Source: Minutocellus sp. GHC0000111 | Taxonomy: Eukaryota | Assembly: GCA_977018835.1 (NCBI GenBank) | Contig: OZ361256.1 | Span: 124,001 to 188,000, forward strand | Direction of reading: 5' to 3' | DNA length: 64,000 nt | Part shown: in pieces, positions 26,801 to 37,305 of the stretch | Layout of the letters: every line of letters begins with the position of its first letter | Numbering within the stretch: the stretch's first letter is position 1 | Position numbers and translations under genes: made by a program | The notes under the pieces: generated by a model | What the model was told of the DNA's origin: nothing | Seen by the model: only the letters and a program-made list of their open reading frames with translations | Database searches by the model: none

Positions 26801-27836
26801 ACGTGTGATTAACTTGGTGGGGAGAATCGGCGCTGCGCCGAGAGGTTGGCCAAAAACTGCGTCGGGACTCATGCTGGTGTTTCAGTCAGCGAAGACAGGC
26901 AGCACGGCGGTGTTGCTGCGAGACGTGTGATCGACAGAAGGTTCGATCCAGAGAAGTGTGATCGATTGGATGGGTCGATCTGGTCAGGACTTTCGGGGAA
27001 GGGATTGGATCGTCGTTCCAATATTGTCGAAAGAAACGGTCGTTTTGGCCGATTGAAGATGTGTCGGTTTTTCTTGCGTGACGAGTGAGAACCCAAGACA
27101 AACCGGTGAGGTGCGAACCGAAATGGGGGGCGAGCACGGGTGGAAAAGATGTATCACGTAGGTCTGCTAAGAGGTCCTAAAGCTAAGCTAGATAGATATA
27201 GCTAGTAGAGGTTAATAGGACCTAGTAGATGAAAAATGGGCCATCGGAGATGTCGTTGGCCCATGGATCAAGGGTCAGGAGAGGGCACTGAGTCAGTGGT
27301 CTGATCACCGTACGTACCGTACGTACCGTACGTATGTATATGTACGTACGTATCCCACGGCATCAACACCACTTTCTGACGAAGAACTAAGTAGTCCGAA
27401 CCTCGCGTCTGTCCATGCTTCCGAGGCAAGCCCGAAAATTCGATCCAGAAGACACCCTGTCAAAGTTATGCATCTTGGAGTTGTTGGCCGACCAATGAAG
27501 GATGAAACCAAAGACGTTGATTTCAATGGGCGCATCATGATGATCAACATGAGAGTCAGTCGCCAGGGAGCAGAAGGTGGAAAAGCTTGCGCGTAATCAG
27601 AATTTCTCTCCAGATGCTAAGGTCAACGATGCGCTAAAAAATGACAAAGATTGGCGCGACATTTACGACGAGAATGCTGACATGACCGCCGGCCATCTTT
27701 GCGACCACATTGCCGAAATCTACGGCCTTTCTGAGTTTGTTGCAGAGAGCGATTGGAACTTCAATGCGAGGACTACAAATCCGACGGTCAGGCAAAAAGT
27801 CGCAAGCATGCCGCTGTTGGCTACAACAAAAAGATC
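20884..27836. repeat. Left arm of a large inverted duplication (mirror of 29179..37856, lacking the 1737-bp tandem unit)
   Basis: Every ORF in this stretch has a mirror ORF on the other strand. Breakpoints read directly at TCTCAGCTTT (20884) and AAAGATC (27836). Confidence 0.93.
21360..27368 (-). mobile_element. Ty1/copia LTR retrotransposon (CoDi-like), inverted copy, degenerate
   Basis: LTRs 27165..27368 and 21360..21554 with TG...CA ends; TSD CCACT at 21355..21359 and 27369..27373; gag-PR-IN-RT-RH order. Confidence 0.95.
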
Positions 27837-28455
27837 CCGTGCACTTGCCCCGTTTCGTTTGATGCTGCCGTGACTTTTGAGAGGCTGGCATTTCTGAAAA
27901 TAGAAAAGACGGGAAAGCAATTTGTCTCGAACCTCGGAAACCTCGGGCAATTCGTCATTTTGTGTATGCTTTGAGAAGGGCCATTGGATACCCACATTTT
28001 GCACGACGGTCGCCGGCCGATGACTCTGCGGCATCGCAGCGCGAGCAAGGCAGCATGGCATCAGCAGGAAGCAATCCGAATGAAACTTCATCGTGAGAGA
28101 AGGTCCTATCGTCGTGCTAATATACACTGATCTAAGTTGACTCTGGCCGAAACGTACAGTTCACACAGCAGCACAAGCGCTACCTCATACCACGACCACA
28201 CCAGACCAAAAATCCAAGCTCACTTTTTCTAACTCCGAGGAATAAATGACGGCCAAGATGGAAGTCGGGGCAAGAACCAAGTTATGGTCACCAACTTCTA
28301 CATATAGTCGAGAGATATTGTGCACCAGAACCAATAAATGTACATTATGTGATGATTTTTTTCGACATTTGCATTCCTCACCCCGGGAAAAAACACACAT
28401 TTTTGGAAGCACCAAATCAAAATGTAATGAATAGAAATGGACATGCTATGATAAG

Positions 28456-29646
28456 TTATAGCAAATCAATGACTCCATCGTCTTCATCATTTTCATCTAT
28501 GTCGTCCTCAATGTCATCATCTTCGCCGGGAGCATCAATTGGCCAGAGTGGTTCACCATCCTCTTCAGCTTCTTCCTCGGCAATTTTTGCGAGACCAGCC
28601 TTTCCCCGTCTGGTCTCCACAAGATTGTTGCCGCCACGACTTCTCTTGATGTTGTTATGCATCACTGGAAGTTTTCCAAATACATTGAGAAAGGCCTCTT
28701 TTGATGCGACATTGGCCCATACTTTCATCACAGTCTTGTCAAGAGCATTCGCATCATTCTTCTGACCGCGATGCTCCTTTTCGACGGCCGACTGCAAAGA
28801 CATCCAGATGCCGAGATCAAGAACATTTGTCTCGGGCGACCGAGGAACCTGCTGGATTATCTCAATCTTACATTTGTTTTTGAGGTCCTCGGTGTACTTC
28901 TCAACTGCTTCATTGGACCCATGACCGCCGGCATTGTCCATCACAAGACATGTAACATCAGACTCCTGAATATTTTGTGGATCCCACTTCACCCAATGAT
29001 GTGCGTCTCGAATCGCCTTCCCGACCTCATTCACAGTCTCCAACATCCATTTGGAGTCGCAGCTGCAGTCCTTGGCAACCTTGTCGCCCCGTTGATGCCG
29101 CACCCCGAGCTCAAGGTCGTCGATCTCAACCTTCACCTTCTCTCCATTGCTATCAGGAGTGTGTCGCTTGAGACTCGAGATCTTTTTGTTGTAGCCAACA
29201 GCGGCATGCTTGCGACTTTTTGCCTGACCGTCGGATTTGTAGTCCTCGCATTGAAGTTCCAATCGCTCTCTGCAACAAACTCAGAAAGGCCGTAGATTTC
29301 GGCAATGTGGTCGCAAAGATGGCCGGCGGTCATGTCAGCATTCTCGTCGTAAATGTCGCGCCAATCTTTGTCATTTTTTAGCGCATCGTTGACCTTAGCA
29401 TCTGGAGAGAAATTCTGATTACGCGCAAGCTTTTCCACCTTCTGCTCCCTGGCGACTGACTCTCATGTTGATCATCATGATGCGCCCATTGAAATCAACG
29501 TCTTTGGTTTCATCCTTCATTGGTCGGCCAACAACTCCAAGATGCATAACTTTGACAGGGTGTCTTCTGGATCGAATTTTCGGGCTTGCCTCGGAAGCAT
29601 GGACAGACGCGAGGTTCGGACTACTTAGTTCTTCGTCAGAAAGTGG
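28456..29646 (-). pseudogene. DD39D transposase, C-terminal half (frameshifted)
   Basis: Carries the second and third catalytic Asp and an acidic tail; split over several frames. Confidence 0.85.
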
Positions 29647-29850
29647 TGTTGATGCCGTGGGATACGTACGTACATATACATACGTACGGTACGTACGGTA
29701 CGTACGGTGATCAGACCACTGACTCAGTGCCCTCTCCTGACCCTTGATCCATGGGCCAACGACATCTCCGATGGCCCATTTTTCATCTACTAGGTCCTAT
29801 TAACCTCTACTAGCTATATCTATCTAGCTTAGCTTTAGGACCTCTTAGCA
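29647..29850 (+). repeat. 5' LTR with a GTAC-rich palindromic microsatellite
   Basis: TGTTGA...TTAGCA. It has one more 9-bp GTACGTACG unit than the 3' LTR. Confidence 0.95.
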
Positions 29851-30142
29851 GACCTACGTGATACATCTTTTCCACCCGTGCTCGCCCCCCATTTCGGTTC
29901 GCACCTCACCGGTTTGTCTTGGGTTCTCACTCGTCACGCAAGAAAAACCGACACATCTTCAATCGGCCAAAACGACCGTTTCTTTCGACAATATTGGAAC
30001 GACGATCCAATCCCTTCCCCGAAAGTCCTGACCAGATCGACCCATCCAATCGATCACACTTCTCTGGATCGAACCTTCTGTCGATCACACGTCTCGCAGC
30101 AACACCGCCGTGCTGCCTGTCTTCGCTGACTGAAACACCAGC

Positions 30143-31413
30143 ATGAGTCCCGACGCAGTTTTTGGCCAACCTCTCGGCGCAGCGCCGATTCTCCCCACCA
30201 AGTTAATCACACGTATGAATGACCCAGGACAACCTCCCCAACGCGAGCGTGTTGCCAAAGCGCTCAAGGAACTTCAACAAGCGGCGGCCAGCACTCCAGC
30301 AGGGTGCAATGACCATGTGACCTCGGCCATTTGGGCCTCGTCGTCAGCGATGCCGAACACACCACCAAAAGTAACGGCCGACCACATGTGCCTCCGGCAA
30401 ATCCTGGCCCCAGCCCCACCATTCCCGCCGTGGCCAATCTAGACCAACGCGATCGTGCAATCCGGGGATGTCACATCGAAAAGGGCCACTGCAACTTGTG
30501 CGAGCAAGTCAACACGGTGCTCAAGAATCTCCTCCTCGACTCGATCGACGCCGTCTGCATCAATCATCTCGAAGATTACATGCTCGGTTTCCAGCCAGTC
30601 ACCATCCGCCAAATCATCGACAGCACTGCCGATCGCTACTTGAAATTCATCGAGACTCAGAAGGAGGAATTAGAGAAGCAGCTCGAGAAGCAGCACGACG
30701 GGGGACCCATCGCCACATTCAACAAAGTCTTCAAGGCGTTTGAAACGGCCGGCGAACCCTTCACCAACAAGCAAAAGGTCTCCAAGTTCTACCGCTCCGT
30801 GCGCAGGTTCTCATTGGCAAAGAAGGCATGCGAGGACTGGGACGACAGACCGGAGGCCGAACGCACGTGGGCCAACATGCAGTCGGACTTCCGCGATTGG
30901 TGTGATGAGAAGATGGCCAACACCACCACCGAAGCGGCAGGATGTCATGGCGCGAATTTGGCCTCATCGGCCTCGGACGATCCATTTCTTTCTCGAGCCG
31001 ATCTCCTTTTGGCTGATGCCACCGAGGCCCTCAAGACCAACCAAGCCATGATGGCGAACCTCGCCAAAAAGAGCAACGAGAAGGATGACACCATTGCCAA
31101 ACTTCGCCAAGAAACAGCTTCACTCAAGGCCGAGAACCGCGTTCTGCGTGAGGGACGCAACCATGCTGGTGGCAGTGGAGGCTACCGCGGCGGTGGCCAG
31201 CAGAACGGCACCGGCCACTTCCCAGGCCAAGGTCCTAACCTCAACCGCCAGGAGAAGCGGGAACTGCAGTCGCTCCTCCCCAGAGGCCACTGTTGCCACA
31301 CGTGCGGCTATTCGTCCAACCACCCCAGCTTTGAATGCACTTGCAAAGGGCCCAACCACGTTGATAACGCCACCAAGTGCAATCCTTGCGGTGGTAGCTC
31401 GCGTCGTAACTGA
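30143..31413 (+). pseudogene. gag: gag (frameshift near 30320), with coiled coil and C-terminal Cys/His knuckle
   Basis: Lies after the 5' LTR; motifs RTWANMQSDF, AAGCHGAN and CHTCGY...H.S.EC....H...AT..N..GGS are typical of diatom copia gag. Confidence 0.8.
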
Positions 31414-34400
31414 GCGGGAGGGACGGTGGATGTTAATCAGTATAAAATAGAGGACAGCATGTCTGAATCCACCTCCTCCCCGCCTTCGTTAGCTTTTCTT
31501 ACGTCAAAAAGCAAACCTCCAACTCAAGAGCCAATTGTCCTCGCAGCAGATGCTGGAACGACATTTTGTCCAGAAGCCCCAACACCTATCGTACGATGGC
31601 CCTATTTTCAACGTCCAACAGACAGCAATTCCTGTCAGCGTCACCCTTCCGGACAATAGCACAATGACGAACACCCACGAGGCCACGCTTCGCCTCCCTG
31701 GGGTTTCCCCATCGGCTAGCAAGGCCTATGTTTTCAATAATATGGCATCATCGCTCCTATCGATTGGGCAGCTGTGTGACGATGGATGTATTGCCACTTT
31801 CGATAAGGATTCGGTAGTCATCGCCAAGGACAATGCCGTCATTTTGCAAGGTAAACGAGACCCCTCAACGAAATTGTGGATGGTAGATCTTAATTGCTCG
31901 CCCACCATGTCGCCGCTCCCCGGCCCCAACGTCATCCAACATGCTGCCAACGCCGCAATTGCCCAGGAGACGGTTCCGGAACGTGTAGCCTTTTTACATT
32001 GGTGCGCTGGCAGTCCTCAGCTATCTACCTGGTGCAAAGCAATCGATGCGGATTTTATAGATCTTGGCCAGGCCTCACATCAAAGCTTGTACGTAAGCAC
32101 ATGCCACAGTCGATACCGATGATTAAAGGTCACTTAGACCAGCAGCGCAAGAACATCAGGTCGACCAAGCCCAAACGGTCGATGGCTACGCCAAAATCTC
32201 TCCCTGGGGTGGACGAAACCGAGCAGGATCTCCACCCGGCACAACACCAACAGCGCACCAACTATGTCTTTGCTGATTGTCATGACATAACGGGCCAGAT
32301 CTTCTCAGATCAGCCCGGCCGTTTCTTGGTGTCGTCTATTTCTGGCCACCAGTACATAATGGTCGTCTATGACTATGACTCCAACAGCATCTTGGCCGAA
32401 CCAATGAAAAGCCGATCGGGAACGGAAATGCGCCGAGCGTACCAAACTATTTTCGAATACCTCTCCAAGCGAGGATTTCGCCCAAAATTGCAACGATTGG
32501 ATAATGAAGTGAGTCGAGAGCTGAAGGAGTTCATGGAAGAAAAGGATGTAGATTTTCAATTGACCCCCCAACGCACTCCCACCGCCGAAATGCGGCCGAA
32601 CGAGCCATTCGAACCTTTAAGAATCATTTCATTGCGATTCTCTGTGGTGCCGATCCCGACTTTCCCCTCATCTTGTGGGATAAATTGCTGGAGCAGGCGG
32701 TAATGACCCTCAATTTCCTGAGAGCATCCCGAGTCAACCCTCGACTATCAGCGCACGAGCAACTCAATGGCGGCTTTGATTTCAATCGCACGCCTCTCGG
32801 CCCCCTCGGATGCAAGGTCATCTTTCACGAGATGCCCTCGGCACGCGGCTCTTGGTCCCCGCATGGCGTTGATGGGTACTGTGTCGGTCCAGCCATGGAA
32901 CACTACCGGTGTTACAAGGTTTGGATTGAGGAAACTCGGGCGGATCGCACTGGTAACACACTCGTCTGGCTCCCCAAAATGATTCCGGTACCCAAAACGT
33001 CGTCGGCCGATGCAGCAATAGTCGCAGCTCATGAACTCCTGCACGCTCTACAGAATCCACATCCAGCGGCACCCCTTGCTCCCCTTCGAGACGAGCATCG
33101 TCAAGCTTTAGAAAAGCTCTCCGAGATTTTCAACAGCGTGACCCCAGCAGAATCTGCCACCTCCGCCTCTGATGAGACGATGCAGACAACCGCAGCTCCG
33201 AGGGTGCTGGAGAACGATGACGACTCCCAACGATTCCGCCTCGGTACCATCGTCGCCAAAGTGTTTGGAGATCGCAATTACAAGGGTGGAGTCGTTGCAT
33301 TTGACAAGAAGTATAAGCACTACAAAATCAAATACGAGGACGACGACGTAGAAGAGATGAACGATACTGAAGTAGGCTGTCACCTTGTCTCCAACCCCAA
33401 CGCTCCGTTTCCTCAGCCCCAGCAACCTCCGAGGGTGGCAAAATCCTCCACATGTGATGCAGCCACCACTAAAAGCCGTCGATCACGTCGATCCAACGCG
33501 CCACCTCGCTCGTCAGTTTCTTCCAACTACTACAATCCTTTGGCTGCAGTAGACGAGCCCAACGGCGACGATGATGATAATCATGACGACGATGCAACCG
33601 TCGTAACATCCAATCAAAGTTCCAATGCCCCCACCTCCCGTCGGCAACGTAAACGCAAGTCTCCAACGATCGACACCACTCCAACATTGCCAGCTCCAGC
33701 AAAATCGACAAGCAAGTCCAAACCATCCGCGACCTCCTCAAAACGAACATGAGGGACCAATTCATTCAAGCAAACATCGATGAAATTGGACGGCTAACGG
33801 ACGGCCGAGTTGGAAACAGTGCTAGCATTCCCTCCAATGCAATGGCTTTCGTCCACTGGTCCGAACTGCCTCGGGGGGAAAAAGCCACATGCCTCAGCAT
33901 TGTCGCCGACTGTCGCTCCCATAAACCAAATCCCAATCGAGTTCGATGGACTGCAGGAGGCGACAAAATTCATTACCCTGGTACAGTCTCGACCCCGACC
34001 GCTGAAATGTTGACTGCAAAGTTACTTTTCAACAGCGTCATCTCTGCAGACAACGCTCGTTTCATGGGAATTGATGTCAGTGACTTCTATCTCAACAGCA
34101 CCATGCCAGAGCCAGAATGGATGTGGGCGCCAGTAGCTCTCATCCCCGACGAAGTCATGGAAGCCTACGACCTCCACGACAAAGTAAAGAATGGTCGAGT
34201 GTTGGTCAGAATCGATGGCGGAATGTGTGGATTACCCCAGGCAGGGCGCCTAGCCTACGATCAACTTGTCAAGCATCTCAAACCCCATGGCTATTTCCCT
34301 TGCAAGCGCACTGCCGGCCTTTGGAGGCACAAAACCCGCCCAATTACCTTTTGCCTAACCGTTGACGATTTTGGAGTAAAGCATGTCGGGAAAGAGCATG

Positions 34401-35400
34401 CAGACCATCTCATTCAGGCCCTCAACTCCAAGTACAAGATCACTGCCGATTGGGAAGGCCAACTTTGTTGTGGTGTTCAACTCGAGTGGAACTACGAGGC
34501 CAAATGGGTGGATCTGTCTATGCCTGACTGCGTCAAGGAGATGCGCCACAAGTTCCAACACGACCGCCCCTCACGGCCCGAGCATGCGCCATATCGATGG
34601 AATCGTCCGACGCATGGCCCGGGACCCCAGCTGCCAGAACCGGAAGACGACTCACCACCACTCGACGCCAAAGGCATCAACGAAATTCAACAGGTGGTGG
34701 GCAGCTCCTTGCACTGTGGTCGAGCAATTGATTCAACAATTTTGCCGGCACTCAACAGCATCTCAGCGGAACAATCCAAAGCTACCGAGCGCACTCGACA
34801 AGATGCCAAGAAGCTTCTAGATTACCTTGCAACCCATCCCGACGCAGTCATTCGATGCGTCAAGTCAGACATGATCCTACATGTGCACAGCGACGCCTCC
34901 TGCTTGTCAGCCCCGAAATCAAGAAGCAAGCTCGGAGGGCACTTCTACCTAAGCTCCCGACCTAAGCACCCGCACCGCCAGCCTGACTCAAGTGATCCCA
35001 TGCCACCAATGAATGGAGCCATCCTCGTCAATGCCAATGTCATCAAGCATGTAACGTCCTCAGCCGCTGAAGCCGAATTGGGAGGACTGTTTTTCAACAT
35101 GAAAGATGCAGTGCCAATCCGGGCAGCACTAGAAGAAATGGGTCACCCGCAGCCCCCTGCTGCTATCGTCGTTGACAACTCTACAGCATCTGGAATCGCC
35201 AATAAAACCGTCAAGCAAAGACGGTCTAAGGCTATGGACATGAGATTCCACTGCGTCCAAGATCGCACAGAGCAACGACAATTCCAGGTGTGCTGGCGGA
35301 AAGGAGCGCGCAAAATTTGGCCGATTATTTTACAAAGCACCATCCCGCCCCCTACCATGTCGACATGCGACCAGTCTACTTACATGTAGATTCCAATTAG
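31414..35400 (+). pseudogene. pol: pol (protease, integrase, Tudor-like module, RT, RNase H), multiple frameshifts
   Basis: AADAG and SLLSIGQLCDDGC (protease); DQPGRF, YDYDSN, LDNE (integrase); GLPQAG, VDDFG (RT); SDAS, SAAEAE, DN, NLADYFTK (RNase H, the last motif in a shifted frame after ~35306). Confidence 0.92.
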
Positions 35401-37291
35401 GACTCTACATGTAGATTCAATGGCACTAGTCATTGATCTGCGAGGGTGTGTTGACACCGTGGGATACGTACGTACGTATACATACGTACGGTACGTACGG
35501 TGATCAGACCACTGACTCAGTGCCCTCTCCTGACCATTGATCCATGGGCCAACGAGTGCTAGCATTCCCTCCAATGCAATGGCTTTCGTCCACTGGTCCG
35601 AACTGCCTCGGGGGGAAAAAGCCACATGCCTCAGCATTGTCGCCGACTGTCGCTCCCATAAACCAAATCCCAATCGAGTTCGATGGACTGCAGGAGGCGA
35701 CAAAATTCATTACCCTGGTACAGTCTCGACCCCGACCGCTGAAATGTTGACTGCAAAGTTACTTTTCAACAGCGTCATCTCTGCAGACAACGCTCGTTTC
35801 ATGGGAATTGATGTCAGTGACTTCTATCTCAACAGCACCATGCCAGAGCCAGAATGGATGTGGGCGCCAGTAGCTCTCATCCCCGACGAAGTCATGGAAG
35901 CCTACGACCTCCACGACAAAGTAAAGAATGGTCGAGTGTTGGTCAGAATCGATGGCGGAATGTGTGGATTACCCCAGGCAGGGCGCCTAGCCTACGATCA
36001 ACTTGTCAAGCATCTCAAACCCCATGGCTATTTCCCTTGCAAGCGCACTGCCGGCCTTTGGAGGCACAAAACCCGCCCAATTACCTTTTGCCTAACCGTT
36101 GACGATTTTGGAGTAAAGCATGTCGGGAAAGAGCATGCAGACCATCTCATTCAGGCCCTCAACTCCAAGTACAAGATCACTGCCGATTGGGAAGGCCAAC
36201 TTTGTTGTGGTGTTCAACTCGAGTGGAACTACGAGGCCAAATGGGTGGATCTGTCTATGCCTGACTGCGTCAAGGAGATGCGCCACAAGTTCCAACACGA
36301 CCGCCCCTCACGGCCCGAGCATGCGCCATATCGATGGAATCGTCCGACGCATGGCCCGGGACCCCAGCTGCCAGAACCGGAAGACGACTCACCACCACTC
36401 GACGCCAAAGGCATCAACGAAATTCAACAGGTGGTGGGCAGCTCCTTGCACTGTGGTCGAGCAATTGATTCAACAATTTTGCCGGCACTCAACAGCATCT
36501 CAGCGGAACAATCCAAAGCTACCGAGCGCACTCGACAAGATGCCAAGAAGCTTCTAGATTACCTTGCAACCCATCCCGACGCAGTCATTCGATGCGTCAA
36601 GTCAGACATGATCCTACATGTGCACAGCGACGCCTCCTGCTTGTCAGCCCCGAAATCAAGAAGCAAGCTCGGAGGGCACTTCTACCTAAGCTCCCGACCT
36701 AAGCACCCGCACCGCCAGCCTGACTCAAGTGATCCCATGCCACCAATGAATGGAGCCATCCTCGTCAATGCCAATGTCATCAAGCATGTAACGTCCTCAG
36801 CCGCTGAAGCCGAATTGGGAGGACTGTTTTTCAACATGAAAGATGCAGTGCCAATCCGGGCAGCACTAGAAGAAATGGGTCACCCGCAGCCCCCTGCTGC
36901 TATCGTCGTTGACAACTCTACAGCATCTGGAATCGCCAATAAAACCGTCAAGCAAAGACGGTCTAAGGCTATGGACATGAGATTCCACTGCGTCCAAGAT
37001 CGCACAGAGCAACGACAATTCCAGGTGTGCTGGCGGAAAGGAGCGCGCAAAATTTGGCCGATTATTTTACAAAGCACCATCCCGCCCCCTACCATGTCGA
37101 CATGCGACCAGTCTACTTACATGTAGATTCCAATTAGGACTCTACATGTAGATTCAATGGCACTAGTCATTGATCTGCGAGGGTGTGTTGACACCGTGGG
37201 ATACGTACGTACGTATACATACGTACGGTACGTACGGTGATCAGACCACTGACTCAGTGCCCTCTCCTGACCATTGATCCATGGGCCAACG
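33818..37291 (+). repeat. Tandem duplication, 1737-bp unit (RT-RNase H plus partial LTR 35449..35555)
   Basis: ORF ends at 35389 and 37126 differ by 1737; junction GGGCCAACG|AGTGCTAGC at 35555. Confidence 0.93.
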
Positions 37292-37305
37292 ACATCTCCG
37301 ATGGC

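Noticed and set aside
27837..27860. Terminal inverted repeat pairing with ~40095..40115 (CTTGCCCCGTTTC versus CTTGCACCCATTTC)
   Set aside because: The match is short and imperfect and the outer end is cut by the inversion junction, so the TIR and TA target duplication cannot be established.
29660..29710. GTAC repeats as a CRISPR-like or satellite array
   Set aside because: Short microsatellite inside the LTR with no spacers.
33749..35389. Alternative genetic code or RNA editing as the cause of the Tyr->Cys/His changes
   Set aside because: Host genes read normally, many TE tyrosines remain, the changes occur on both strands, and a DNA transposon is affected too.
33749..35389. CpG deamination as the cause of the TG/CA excess in coding regions
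   Set aside because: The affected codons correspond to conserved Tyr (TAY), so the ancestral dinucleotide is TA, not CG. CpG remains abundant.
37141..37152. TCTACATGTAGA palindrome before the purine tract
   Set aside because: The TACATGTA core also occurs in unrelated intergenic DNA (~43291, ~50640); no specific function is supportable.
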